Counted from the stretch's first letter, positions 13,040-25,596 are shown. The stretch: 64,000 bases of DNA from Octopus sinensis (GCF_006345805.1 NC_042997.1:42842001-42906000), one strand, 5' to 3'. Numbers and translations: made by a program. The notes: generated by a model from the letters alone, not told the origin.

Positions 13040-13521
13040 TTTTCCCTCGTTTCAGTCATTAGGCTGCAGCTATTCTGGACCACTTCCTTCAGTGATTAAA
13101 TCAAACAAATTCACCCCAGGACTTATTTTTAAGCCTGGTACTAACTCTATTGGTTTCTTTTTGCCAAACCACTAAGTTATAGGGACAAACCAACAGCAGT
13201 TGTCAAAAAGTGGTGGAAGACAAACATACACACATCTATATATATATCATCATCATCATCATTGTTTAACGTCCGTTTTTCCGCACTAGCACGGGTTGGA
13301 CGGTTCGACCGGGGTCTGGGAAGCCAGGGGCTGCACCAGGCTCCAGTCTGATCTGGCAGTGTTTCTACAGCTGGATGCCCTTCCTAACGCCAACCACTCC
13401 GCGAATGTAGTGGGTGCTTTTTACGTGCCACTGGCACAGGTGCCAGGGGAGTCTGGCATCAGCCACGATTGGTTGGTGCTTTTAACGTGCCACCGGCACG
13501 GAAGCCAGCCAAGGCAGCGCT

Positions 13522-13557
<36 letters not shown>

Positions 13558-13700
13558 ACTTTTTTGCCAAATCCACCACCAACATTTTAGTTGGCCTGGA
13601 GATACAATAGAAGACACTTGCCCAAGGTACCACACAGTGGGACTGAACCTTAAACCACATGGTAGGGAAGCATCTTCTTAAACATAGCCATGCCCCTGTC
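13040..13700 (-). mobile_element. Diverged SINE family A split by an RTE 3' end (about 13247-13525)
   Basis: SINE body at 13040-13240 and head at 13550-13700 surround a (CAT)n-tailed RTE UTR segment. Confidence 0.8.
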
Positions 13701-13954
13701 TATGTAATGAAAATAAATAACCACTAGATGCTTCTTAAAATAAAGAACCCTGCAGCAAACACAGGACACAATGATGAATGAGCAGCATTCGTAAAAATAA
13801 GATGGCTTCCAGCCTCTCTGGATCTCAAAGTGTAGAGCAAAGAGGCAATGGGAAAAGATAAGTTTGTTTTAGAACTTGTATGAATTACAGTAAACCAGAT
13901 TGATAAAGAGGACACACCAAAACAGATAGAAATCATGCAGAGGTAAAGGCCTTC

Positions 13955-14086
13955 TGTGTGTGTGTGTGGTGTGTGTGTGTGTGTGTGTGTGTGGTCTGTG
14001 TGTGTGTGCATGTGTGTGCGTGTGTGCGTGTGTGTACGTGTGTGTGCGTGTGTGTGTATGTATGTGTGTGTGTGTGCGTGTGTGTG

Positions 14087-14141
<55 letters not shown>

Positions 14142-14192
14142 GCATGTGTGTGTGTGTGTGTGCAGTGTGTGTGTGTGTGTAGTGTGTGCGTG
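13955..14192. repeat. Imperfect (TG)n microsatellite
   Basis: Directly visible; it produces the HT/VC ORFs. Confidence 0.98.
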
Positions 14193-14939
14193 TTCCACTC
14201 AAACTGAATATGGAATACACTAAACAGTAAGTGTTCTCTGAACATTTACAGCTACTTTTATCTCAATAAGTGGTTGAAAAACACATCAACTTTCATTCAA
14301 GGTTTCATGTTTAAAGTTAAAGAGGCTTTATTAGCAAAAAAAAACAAACAAAATGTATTACGTACAACACAATATTTAAAGAAAATATCCAAACTTTTAA
14401 TTAAAACCCTCCAGTTTAAAGGTCAACATATGTAAGTAAAAGTGAGTCTAAAGAGTAAAAATATAGTTAACACAATTTTGCTAACTTCATTCCTAGTTAG
14501 ATAACATATCAGTATAAACAGAGTGACTCCATTCAGCTAGTAGGAAGAAGCAGATAACAGGACTCCATAGTGTTACACGGAATAGAATGGTGACTTATCC
14601 AAATGCAGAAATATTTCGCATTGAACACTTTTCATACAAACCCATTTCAGACCACGCTTGGTTCTATGATACAAACTTTTTGTTTTAAAAAGATTTAAAT
14701 TTAAAGCTTCATTCAAAACTATGTCCCAAACACCAAATTAGTAACCAGTTCTACTACTACTACAGGTACTTATTTCATCAACCCTGAAAAGTTGAAAGGC
14801 AAAGCACTGTGCTAACCGATTTTGCCACCAAATGAATAATTACAAATATACTTTACTAAATTTTTCATTATTACCAAAATATTTTGTCGAACTGTCAAAC
14901 TTATGCCAACAGAGAAGATGGATGCTAAATGACAAAGAT

Positions 14940-16712
14940 CCATATATTGTCAGCTCCAGCTCGTATCTGAGCACTGGATATGTCAGTTTCTATCCAGTCT
15001 CCTCAGCAGATGTTTATGCAGAATGTGACTTTGGAGTCCAAATCGGTGGTGAAAGAGTCGTGGGAAGAATTCACACAAGATGGTCGGTGCGGGTTGAGGA
15101 TGTTGAAGAAGAGACAAGAAGGCCCCATTCGCTAGACGTGACCTGCCCAGCAGAGACGATGGCGAAGAATGGTGGCTTCAACACTTGGTAATGAGGTGCA
15201 GCAAAGAGCCGCCGTGTTGTTGGTAATGTGATTTTCCCATTGAATATTGAGGATCTGTCATAACTGAGATTGCTGGAATCATTCCAGGTGCTTAAAATCA
15301 TGGTGGTACAGCGTCCAAGTCTCACAAGCAGAGAGAAGAGTTGGGAGGACAATGGCATGGAAGACCATGATCTTTGTCTGGAAGTTCAGCACATGATTAA
15401 AGAATAGACATTGGCTGAGTCTACTGAAGGCAGAGTGGGCCGCCCTGATCTGGTTCTCCATGTCCTTTTCACATGTGGGGGTTTTCAAACGAATACTTCC
15501 AAGGTATGAGAAGTGTTCAACTTCTAGGGGTTGGCCAGTGATGCTAATGTTTGTGCATGAGTGGACTGTTCTAGCCTGGTGCAGGTGGGATCAGGGTCTT
15601 GGCCTTTAATATGTTTACCTGCAACCCAAAGCATTCATAAGCCACATTTTAAAGATCAACTGTCCTTTGTAGGCCATCTACAGTCTGGCTTGGGGTGTCA
15701 TCATCACCGGCACACTGCATCTCACAGACTGAGATGGTGGAGATCTTTGTCTTTGCGCAGAGACATGGGAGATTGAAGAGTCTGTCATCCAAGCGATAAT
15801 GCATGTTCATGGAAGGTGAGTCCAGTGGGATTTCATTGAACATGGCAGCCATGTACAAAGAGAAACAGGTTGGTGCCAGGACACATCCTTGCTTAAGACC
15901 CCTAGTGATAGGAAATGGGTTTGTAAAGGAATTTTGATGGTATACCTTACCCATGATGCCATTATGAAGGGAACGGACCAGGGCAATAAAGTCCTCCAAA
16001 CATCCAAACCGAGTAAGGACAGCCCACACTGCAAGATGGGAGACCATGTCAAAGGCTTGCTTTAGGTCCCAGAACATGAACAATGCAGGTGTTGTTGTTG
16101 TTTTTGACACTTCTCCTGAAGTTGGCAGGCACAAAAAATCATATCAGTTGTGCCTCAAGAGGGTCGAAAGCCACACAGGGATTCAGGGAGGACGTCTTCC
16201 GCAAGGATGAGGAGGCAACTGAGTAGGATACAGGCAATGATGATCTTGCTTGCAATACTCAAGAGTGAGATGCCCCGATAGTTGTTGCAATCCCCTCAGT
16301 CTTCCTTCTTGTAGATGGGGATGATAGTTGCATTGCAGAAATTATTCGGGAGGATCTTGCTTTCCCAGATCTTGAGGATAAGGAGCATCAGATGACTTCT
16401 CAGCTCAGGACCTCCATGCATGAAAAACTCAAATGGGATGTTGTCTAGTCCTGGAGATTTGCCTGGCTTTGTGCACTCAAATGCCTTGCTGAACTCGTGG
16501 GGCAAAGGCAGCAGAGACAGCTGTGGGGTGTTTTGGAGGAGGTCGTCAGAAGTGCATGAGTAGTCATTAAGTAGGCTCTCGAAATGAGACTTCCAGTGAT
16601 TGAGAATTCCTTGGGTGTCAGTTATTGTAAAGCCAGCTGCTTTCTTCAGGCTACCCACTGATGACCTTATGGGGGCTGAAGATCTCCTTGGTTGTGACGG
16701 AAAAGTGGCACA
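14940..16712 (-). pseudogene. Decayed RTE-clade (BovB-like) LINE reverse transcriptase region
   Basis: Frameshifted pieces KPGKSPGLDNIP, ATIIPIYKK, FWDLKQAFDMV, GLKQGCVLAPTCF, QCAGDD (the YADD position), FSYLGS, TKIMVFHAIVLPTLL..CETW occur in collinear order. Confidence 0.93.
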
Positions 16713-17471
16713 ATATATACAGACACATACACACACATACAAGTAGATGTACATGCATACATATACATATATACACATGGATCACCCTGATTACTGCTTT
16801 CTATGAATCATTGCAATCACAGAGATGTCTTAATTAATATTACGATTTCTACAACTAACACTACTATTTGTATTTATTCAGTAAACAGAAGAAAATTGAA
16901 CATTGTGTGAGAAAACTTTTGAGCCATGTTGTAAATTTATTTTAAAAGTGAAAGGTTAAAGATTTCAACAAAATTTTTATGAGCAAACAGTGAAGTAACC
17001 CACAATGAATATGACGGAAAAACTCTGTGTAGGAACAGTGCAGTAGAGGCATTCCAAAGATAACAGGTTAACATGAAAGATGAGAATAACATTTAGAAAT
17101 GACCTTAGCAGTACTAAAATTTTAATTATATCTCCTTTGACTATAACATCCTTTTCTTCCTATTATTATTTTATGCTTGCTTTGATCTTATTCTTTTTCA
17201 AAATCAGCACCAAAAAAGGCCGCTGTCAGCTACAAATGTGGTGGTCGCCTCAAGTCATATATGAGTGAAAATTTTGAAACATTTTGGAAAATACTAAATT
17301 AGTTCATTTAAGGTCATTTTCTTGCCATTTAGTTTCAGAAGATGATTTAGTATTTCTAGTAACTGAGATACAATTATTAAAGGAAGTATAACATGAATTA
17401 CAACCAGAAATCAGAATCAGTTTTAGAATCTAATACTTTACTAAACTGATTACTGCAAAATGTCTAATGAA

Positions 17472-17866
17472 CTCTCTCTTTTACTCTCTTTTACGTGTTT
17501 CAGTCATTTGACTGCGGCCATGCTGGAGCACCGCCTTTAATCGAGCAACTCGACCCCAGGACTTATTCTTTGTAAGCCCAGTACTTATTCTATCAGTCTC
17601 TTTTTGCTGAACCGCTAAGTGACAGGGACATAAACACACCAGCATCGGTTGTCAAGCAATGCTAGGGGGACAAACACAGACACACAAACACACACATGCA
17701 TATATATATATACATATATACAACGGGCTTCTTTCAGTTTCTGTCTACCAAATCCACTCACAAGGCTTTGGTCGGCCCGAGGCTATAGCAGAAGACACTT
17801 GCCCAAGATGCCACGCAGTGGGACTGAACCCGGAACCGTGTGGTTGGTAAACAAGCTATTTACCAC
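17472..17866 (-). mobile_element. SINE family A
   Basis: Reverse complement of 3831-4238 with the extreme 5' end missing. Confidence 0.9.
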
Positions 17867-18107
17867 AAGCCAACTGTTCAACTACACTAATAAAACATAA
17901 TCCTAGAACTATTATCTCGAACTTCTGATCTAGAAAAACTCAAAATATATCATTGGCAACAAACCTAGATGTAACAACAACTGCTTTGCTAAAGTAGTGC
18001 CATTGATGAACGAAAGAACTACTTGCGTTGCCGACAGTATTAACTAATAACAACTATGAGGGTTGCTTATGACAAGTAACAATAAAAAGAATCCTGTTCG
18101 GCTTTAA

Positions 18108-18328
18108 CCCTTTAGTGTTCACATTATTCTGCCCAAATTTATGCTTTTTAATCCACATTGTTTTGAACTAATCATGCATTATCTTGTAGCTATGAGATTT
18201 TGATGAGGTAGCTGTTAATTTTGAAAACGATATTGTAGGGTTGGTGTGAGAGACCAGATCTGACCAGTTTGAACATAAAACAGGCAGAATACATTTGGCC
18301 GGATATGGCCGGTTTAAATGCTAAAGGA
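18108..18328. mobile_element. piggyBac-like MITE
   Basis: TTAA on both sides, termini CCCTTTAG / CTAAAGGA; a second copy lies at 30881-31093. Confidence 0.8.
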
Positions 18329-18729
18329 TTAAATGAAAAACACAACAGTGATGTCAGTGTTATGCAAATTGCAGTAGTATTGCACATGAGCTGATCAAAG
18401 CTGATTTAAGGACAGTAAGTAACTACAGAACCACCTTTTGGTTAGTACAGTACATGACACCTGAGTTTCAATTTTATGGTCGATGATGATGCACCAAATA
18501 TTCCAACTGTTAGACAGGGCCTAAGTCCTTCTTACCCACATTCATCAACAGAACCTTCAATCACACAGGAAAATGAACTGTTAAAACATGCATCACACAC
18601 ATTCAACCAATGTGTATAATCATCCTCAATCAGTATGGAGCTTAATGAATAACCAGTGAGTTTCTCCTGAGTATTCAACCATCCACTTCTATGCTATAAG
18701 ATCTACCAAGTAAATCTCATCAGCCTTAC

Positions 18730-19131
18730 ATCATCATCGTTTAACGTCCATTCTCCATGCTAGCATGGGTTGGACATTTCGACCGGGGATCTGGGAAGCC
18801 AGAAGGCTGCACCAGGCTCCAGTCTTATCTGGCAATGTTTCTACAGCTGGATGCCCTTCCTAACGCCAACCACTCCGTGAGTGTAGTAGGTGCTTTTTAT
18901 GTGCCACCTGCACTGGTGCCAGGCGAGGCTGGCATCGGCCACAGTCGGATTGGTGCATTTCACGTGCCACCTGCATGGAAGCTAGTCGAGGCGGCACTGG
19001 TTTCGGCCACGATTCAGATAGCACTTTTTACGTATCTCCAGTCCAGGGGTCCTGGTATCTGCCGGGTGCCAGTCATAGGATTAGTTCAATTTCGATTCCG
19101 ATTTCACTTGCCCCAACAGGTCTTCGCAAGC
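18730..19131 (-). mobile_element. 5'-truncated RTE 3' UTR, young copy
   Basis: Nearly identical to 37240-37702 in reverse, with one internal repeat unit fewer. Confidence 0.92.
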
Positions 19132-20494
19132 AAAGGGGGGTTAACAATAATCTGTTCTCTGTTTTAAAACTATAATAATCTTACTGAACATTAGAAAATG
19201 CTTTCCAAGCCCATGTTAGTACAGATGAGATACTTTCACAAATCATTTATAGCAAGTTGGAAGTTGTAACTCACAATATTTAAAATCAAAAATACCTGGC
19301 ACCAGTAATGATTGCAATTAATGTTTTTACCTTGCTAAAGTAAATAGCAACAATACCCTTAACTTACAATGTTCAGGTTGAGAGTTCAGAACTCACTCTT
19401 TGGCTCTTGTAACTTTTTTAACCCTTTCCAAGCCAGGAAATGCTTCTAATTATGGAACATATAAGTGTTACAAAAACAAATTTGGCAACAATTAATAGAC
19501 ATTTTTGTAGTTATATATATTGTATATAATAGGAGCTCAGGCAAAACACAAGCATTCTATCTAGCAGATAAATAATTAGAACTGCAGTGGCTCTCATGAT
19601 TGAACAGAATGTCATCAGAGAGAGGGGGAGAAGAGAGAAAGGAGAGGAAGGGGACAGAAGAGAGAGAGAGAAGGAGAAGAAAGATAGAGTGTTAAAAATG
19701 AAAAGGAGAAACAGAAAAATAGTGACAGAGAAAACAAAAGAAAAAGAGAGAATAACAAAGAAAAGGAAAAAGAAAAAGAGAAAGAAAAATGAAAGAAATT
19801 AATAAGGTTTTTTTTTTTTTTTTTTGCTTTTTCCTTTTCTTGCTACTCTGAATAACTACTCAAAAATTAATATGGATGTAACTGAGTCAACTTTATTGTT
19901 TCAAAATCCAATGTACGTCATCACTTTTGTCACTAGATCATTAATCAGTTTTAAAAATATAACGATTATTATCATCATTATCATTATTATTAATAATAAT
20001 AATAATCTAAAGAAGGGTGAGGGGAGAAATTTTTTTAATTATAAAGAGTTCTAATACCTTACAGCCTAAAAATATAATCAGCTAAAAATAGTTATGGAGA
20101 TGCTTGAATTTCAAATTATGTTTATTTTTCCAGAAGTATTTTAACATGTTTATAGATTATTTCCCACACCATACACAAGACCTTCTATCTAAACCAACCA
20201 CAGAAATGTCTCTAGTTTGGGTGCAACCTTTACTGTCTAGTTCAATTTTATTTTATGTCAATTTCTCAAATTTCTCTCTTCATCTTCCTTCTTTCTCAAA
20301 CACATTTCAAGATGATCCTTTATGTTGAATTACAGTTTCGATTCTACCTTCCTCAATAAATTTTAATTTTCAATTAATAATTTTTTTAGAATTCATTTGT
20401 TGCAAATAATATTGCCTGTTTTGAGCAAAATGAAAAGATAGAGTCATTATTAGTATTGATGTAATTGTTATTTAAGAAAATGCTATTTAATACA

Positions 20495-20940
20495 TCGGTT
20501 TCAAATTTTGGCACAAGGCCAGTATGTTCAGAGGAGGGGGGCTAGTTGATTAAATACATTGACCCTAATGCTCAACTGGCACTTAGTTTATCAACTCTGA
20601 AAAGATGAAAGGCATAGTCAACTTTGGCAGAATTTGAACTCAGGATGTAAAGACAGATGAATGCTGCACCCCATTTTGCCCCACATGCTAATGGACCCTG
20701 CCAGCTTGCTGCCTAACTGTTATTTAATATATTGGTTTCAAATTTTGGAACAAAGTTAGCAAGTTTGGGGGAGGAGTAAGTTGTTTACATCAATCCCCGT
20801 GCTCAATTGGTACTTATTTTTTCAACCCTGAAAGGATGAAAGACAAAGTCAACCTTGGTAGAATTTGAACTCAGAATATAAAGACAGATGCAATACTGCT
20901 GAGCATTTTGCCTGGTGTGCTAATGATTCTGCCAGCTTAC
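20495..20940 (-). mobile_element. Two tandem diverged family B SINEs
   Basis: GGTTTCAAATTTTGG...AAAGGATGAAAG...TTTGAACTCAG...TGCCAGCTT occurs twice with about 235-bp spacing. Confidence 0.8.
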
Positions 20941-21317
20941 TGTTATTTAAAATATTGAAAACGATTTATTATTGTTGGAGAATGATGGTTAGCAAGATTA
21001 CAAAAACACTAGACAAATTGTCTTAGAGCATGTAGTTGTTCCCATGATGTTCCAAGTTCAAATCCCACTGGTATCGACTTAGTCTTGGGATCAATAAAAA
21101 ACAGTAGTGGTCAAGTGCTGCAACCAATATTACTGACTATAACCCATCTCAAAATGTGTTACCTTGTACTGACATTAAAAATACCAGTAGCCAAAGACAA
21201 GCTAAGTAGCATAATACTGTTGTTGGATTTTCATCCTTGGTCTAAATAATGAGAGAGAGAGAGGAGAGGGATAAGGAGAGAGAGAGAGAGAGAGAAAAAA
21301 AGCTTTCAAAATATGGA

Positions 21318-21395
21318 TTACGAGGGCAAGAACTTATGTAGAGTGTGGGCTGTATTGTGTAATACTATTTTCTGGATTTTTGTGTATTTATTATT
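21318..21395 (-). pseudogene. C-terminal fragment of an RLE-type (R4/Dong-like) non-LTR retrotransposon ORF
   Basis: IQKIVLHNTAHTLHKFL* resembles the terminal QKxxLLGTAxILRxxL motif of R4/Dong proteins. Confidence 0.55.
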
Positions 21396-21842
21396 GAGTG
21401 AGAGAACAGTGCATGCCATCAAAATGACACTGGGGTAAAATATACAAAGCCGAGTATACCCATCATGCCTACCCATCTGATAAGGGTACACTAGGCACAT
21501 GCATGACAACTATGTGTGCGCGACATGGTGATCTCATATCAAGGTAAACAGTGCATGACTTTGCAGTTAGAATTTTCTTCAGGTTGAGTAGCCCATCCCA
21601 CTCAAAAGGTCCTTGAATAAGGGTTGTTTAAGGATGTTGAACGAAACACCCATGTTTCCAGAGGTGAATTATTCAAATCCCAAAGAATTCTTCTCAACGT
21701 ATGGCTATGATGCTCCCCCACAACTTCTGCTCGTGATCAGAAATGCACATATCGTCAGTCACCAAGGGACATGCTCAACTGGTTAAGGTCAAACAACTGA
21801 CAAGCAAATCTGTGGTATTGAGCAGAATATTTGCTGTAGCCC
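21390..21842 (-). mobile_element. Unclassified interspersed repeat with an (AAT)n tail
   Basis: GC-elevated block of about 450 bp ending CACTCAATAATAA on the minus strand; I recall it as an octopus repeat but it is single-copy here. Confidence 0.5.
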
Positions 21843-21859
21843 TACTATCATTATTATTA

Positions 21860-22060
21860 AGGTATCAAGCTGGCAGAATTATTAGCATTCCAGACAAAAT
21901 GTTTAGCGGTACTTTTCATCTGTCTTTACAGTCCGAGTCCAAATTATACCAGGGTGGACTCTGCCTTTCATCCTTTCGGGGGTTGATAAAATAAGTACCA
22001 GTAGTGTTAATGTAATCAAATAGATCCTACTCCAGGTCTTGCGCCTAATGTAGAAAGGCT
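21860..22060 (+). mobile_element. SINE family B, diverged
   Basis: GCTGGCAGAAT head and GCCTTTCATCCTTTCGGGGGTTGATAAAATAAGTACCAG. Confidence 0.75.
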
Positions 22061-22514
22061 AATTATTCTCATTAATATTATAGAAGTGCTGTGAATCATA
22101 AAATTAGAAGAAGTCTGACCAAAGAACTTTTGCATTATTTATATCCTTTTATATCTGTGTTCAGATACTGCCAAGGTCAACTTTTAACCTTCTGGAACCA
22201 ATAAATAAGAACTGGAGTTGATTTAATTGCCTACACTTCCTTCAAATTTTAAACCTTGTGTCAAAGTTAATTATTGCTTTCATCAAACTTGTGTTGACAG
22301 AAAAGAAAACATTTTAATCCATCTAGTAGTCATATTAAATGCTTGAAATTTCATGCATTACTGATATAGACTAACTTCATCAAAAGTATTTTGAATTAGA
22401 GCCAGTTCAATAATTAAAAAAACAGGAACCATTAAAATAAAAATCTATTGAATGGAGTTAGCTTCCAATTTTCAATCAATTTAGATTACACTAATTGCAG
22501 AGAATAAAATAAAA

Positions 22515-22836
22515 GTGTTGTGTGGTAAGAAGCTTGCTTTCCAACCATATAATTCCAGGTTCAGCCTTGTGAGTGGATTTGGTAGACGAAAACTGAAAGA
22601 AGCCTGTTGTGCATATATATGTGTGTGTGTGTGTGTGTGCATGCACGCATGTGTGTTTGTGTCTGTGTTTGTCACCCCATCACTGCTTGACAACCAATGT
22701 TTGTGTGTTTATATCCCTGTAACTTAGCAGTTCAGTAATAGAGATGGATAGAATAAGTACTAGGCTTAAAAAATAAGTTCTGGTGTTGATTTGTTCCAGC
22801 ATGGCCACAATCAAATGACTGAAAGAGTAAGAGAGT
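22515..22836 (+). mobile_element. SINE family A with internal deletions
   Basis: Head, microsatellite centre and tail are present with two gaps. Confidence 0.8.
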
Positions 22837-22972
22837 AAACAAAAACCTATTTTATTAGGAATATACACTAGTTTCATGATAACCAGCTGTGGTTTTGTAC
22901 ACTAAGTAGATAGCGTATCTTTCAGCTAAGAGGACCAACAGATTGTCACAGGTAGTCTGCTGTTCACCAGGT

Positions 22973-23274
22973 CAGTGGTTTCCAAATTTATTTTCTTGTG
23001 AAATCATTAGATGATTTTCCAGAAAAATCTCATGACCCATATCTATACTTCATAGGCAACTATCCCACCTTCACCTGCCACTCTATTCTAATAAAACATT
23101 AAATAAAACAAATAGCTGTAGATAGAGAATTTATTAATTTAAAAATAATAAAAAACAACTTATTTCAACTAACATTTACTTTAATAATAAAATAAAATTT
23201 TCGTAAGTTTAATCCAAATCCCTTATCTTGTAAAGCTCTAGTATTTTTCATGGAACCCGCATTGAGAAGCACGG
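22973..23274. mobile_element. hAT (Charlie/Buster-type) MITE
   Basis: Ends CAGTGGTTTCCAAA / ATTGAGAAGCACGG; the 8-bp flanks CACCAGGT / TACTAGGT match at 6 of 8. Confidence 0.62.
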
Positions 23275-23379
23275 TACTAGGTAATGACTTGACTTTCAAT
23301 AATAGGTACACATACTTGAATATGTTTAGCCACTGAAAAAACAAGGAGCAAGTAAGTAACTGACAACTTAAAATCATAC

Positions 23380-23470
23380 CTGTGTCAACTGTTTGTAGAT
23401 GTAAGGAAACTGATGTTACTAATGCTTTCAAGAAAGCCATGAACATGCAATATCCTATTTCTCATTTATT
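23380..23470 (-). other. Candidate exon of an unidentified minus-strand transcript
   Basis: Acceptor TGTATTTTAG (AG at 23472-23471) and donor CAG|GTATGA; an ATG at 23446 opens MFMAFLKALVTSVSLHLQTVDT up to a phase-1 junction. Confidence 0.25.
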
Positions 23471-23514
23471 CTAAAATACAGGGTTTATAACAAGTCAAAA
23501 CAGAATATATATAA

Positions 23515-23540
<26 letters not shown>

Positions 23541-23545
<5 letters not shown>

Positions 23546-23937
23546 GGCATAGCTGTGTGGTAAGAAGTTTGCAACCCAACCATATGGTAATGAGTTCAGT
23601 CCTACTTCATGGCTCCTTGGGCAAGTGTTCTCTACTATAGCCTTGGGCTGACCAGAGCCTTATGAATGGAGTTGGTAAATGAAGACTGAAAGAAGCCCAT
23701 CATGTGTGTGTGTGTGTGTGTGCATGCCTTTGTGTTTGTTCCCTATTGCGGCTTGACATCTGGTGTTGCTGTGACTACATCCTTGTAACTTAGCAGTTCG
23801 GCAAAAGAGACTGACTGAATAAGTACCAGGCTTTAAAAAAATAGTACTGGGGTTAAATCACTCAACTAAAAAATTCTTCAAGGCGGTACCCCGCCATGGC
23901 CGCAATCCAATGATTGAAACCAGTAAAAGACAAAAGA
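23541..23937 (+). mobile_element. SINE family A, diverged
   Basis: Full head-centre-tail layout. Confidence 0.82.
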
Positions 23938-24293
23938 TGTGTGTGTGTGTGTGACATGTTTTAACTGAAGAAGGTTATGTAAACGATGCATTTCCTATTG
24001 TATATTACGCAAACCAGTAACGTACATATTAAATGATTTCAAAATATCACTTTATGCCTTGACTTCATTGTTACAACTTATATATGACTCGATGCCAAAA
24101 CAAACCAGCTAGTCTAGACTCTGCTTATGTGGATACTCTAACAACGGTTTACAGTGGTTTGTAATATTTAACTCAGGTCAAAAGTTCAGGTACCGTGCAC
24201 CACCTCTTTGTGTGAAACAAAATTGTTTGTGTGTGTTATGTATGTGTGTATGCATGCAAACACAGGATATTAAAAACACAAATATAATGTAAA

Positions 24294-24700
24294 GGGCTGT
24301 GTGGTAAGTAGCTTGTTTACCAACCACATGGTTCCGGGTTCAGTCCCACTGCGTGGCATCTTGGGCAAGTGTCTTCTGCTATAGCCTCAGGCCGACCAAA
24401 GCCTTGTGAGTGGATTTGGTAGACGGAAACTGAAAGAAGCCCATCGTATATATGTATATATATATATATGCATGTGTGTATTTGTGTGAGTGTGTTTGTC
24501 CCCCTAGCATTGCTTGACAACCGATGCTGGTGCGTTTATGTCTCCGTTACTTAGCGGTTCGGCAAAAGAGACCGATAGAATAAGTACTGGGCTTACAAAA
24601 GAATAAGTCCTGGGGTCGAGTTGCTCGATTAAAGGCGGTGCTCCAGCATGGCCGCAGTCAAATGACTGAAACAAGTAAGTGAGTAAAAATAAAGAGAGAG
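24294..24700 (+). mobile_element. SINE family A
   Basis: Near-identical to 3831-4238. Confidence 0.92.
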
Positions 24701-25124
24701 TATTGTAGTCAGTGCTCTACAAATTTTAACATTCATAGCCTTACTATCATAATAATAATAATAATAATGATTAGCAGGACCCATGAATATTTCACAGAAT
24801 TAATGGTAAACTTATTGGGTTATTTTTGAAAACTTATCCAAAAAAGCTGAAAGTGCAACCTGTGTTGTGTCTGTATCAAAAGATAGTTGCTCATCTACTA
24901 ATCAGCGAAAAGCGAAGGAAGTTGGAATACAATGATTACTTAATACACTTTATATACTTAATGCACAATTTTATAGAATTAATACACAACACTCTCCCTC
25001 TTTCTCCCTCATTCTTTGCCTTACCCTCTTTTTTCTCTCCTTTTTTTTTTTACTCTTCACCTCTCCCTTCAACTAATCATGTGAAGTGTTACAGATGGGC
25101 TAAGTAACGGAGGAAAAAAACATA

Positions 25125-25441
25125 TACATTATTTACATTTGACGGATATTTGTCCTCATCTTGTTTGTTGTTGACACAATGTTTCGGCTGATATACCCTC
25201 CAGCCTTCATCAGGTGTCTTGGGGAAATTTCGAACCTGGGTTCTCATTCCTAAGCTATTTTTCGATATTATTATTATTATTATTACTATTATTTAGGTCA
25301 CTGCTTAGAATCAAACTTGGAATCTTGGGGTTAGTAGCCCGTGCTCTTAACCACTATGCCATATGCCCATGGGCATATGAGGACAAATATCTGTTAAATG
25401 TAAATAATGTACATAATTCCTCGTCTCTTAAATATAGAACT
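25125..25441 (-). mobile_element. tRNA-headed, hammerhead-containing SINE-like element with inverted-repeat architecture
   Basis: TSD GAAAAAAACATA (25113-25124 / 25442-25453); 35-bp inverted repeat 25125-25159 / 25377-25411 (33 of 35); tRNA-like head 25368-25296 with TGGCATAGTGG and GTTTGATTC; central palindrome 25360-25379. Confidence 0.82.
25173..25218 (-). ncRNA. Minimal type I hammerhead ribozyme motif
   Basis: Minus strand reads GACAC-CUGAUGA-A-GGCUG-gaggguauau-CAGCC-GAAA-CAUU-GUGUC: both core boxes, 5-bp stem I, 5-bp stem II, vestigial stem III. Confidence 0.8.
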
Positions 25442-25596
25442 GAAAAAAACATAGTTAAAAAAAATTAAACATTTCACTCACTACCACCTCTCCTTCCCCA
25501 TCTCTCTTCTCTTCCTCTTCTCCCCTCCTTCAACTAATCCTGTGGAAGCATTACAGACAGGCTAAGTAATGGAGAAACAAGTAGAATTATTAGAAG

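Noticed and set aside
13724-14245. His/Thr-rich and Cys/Val-rich ORFs, also at 31815-32249, 56796-57220 and 63282-63629
   Set aside because: They are microsatellite translations.
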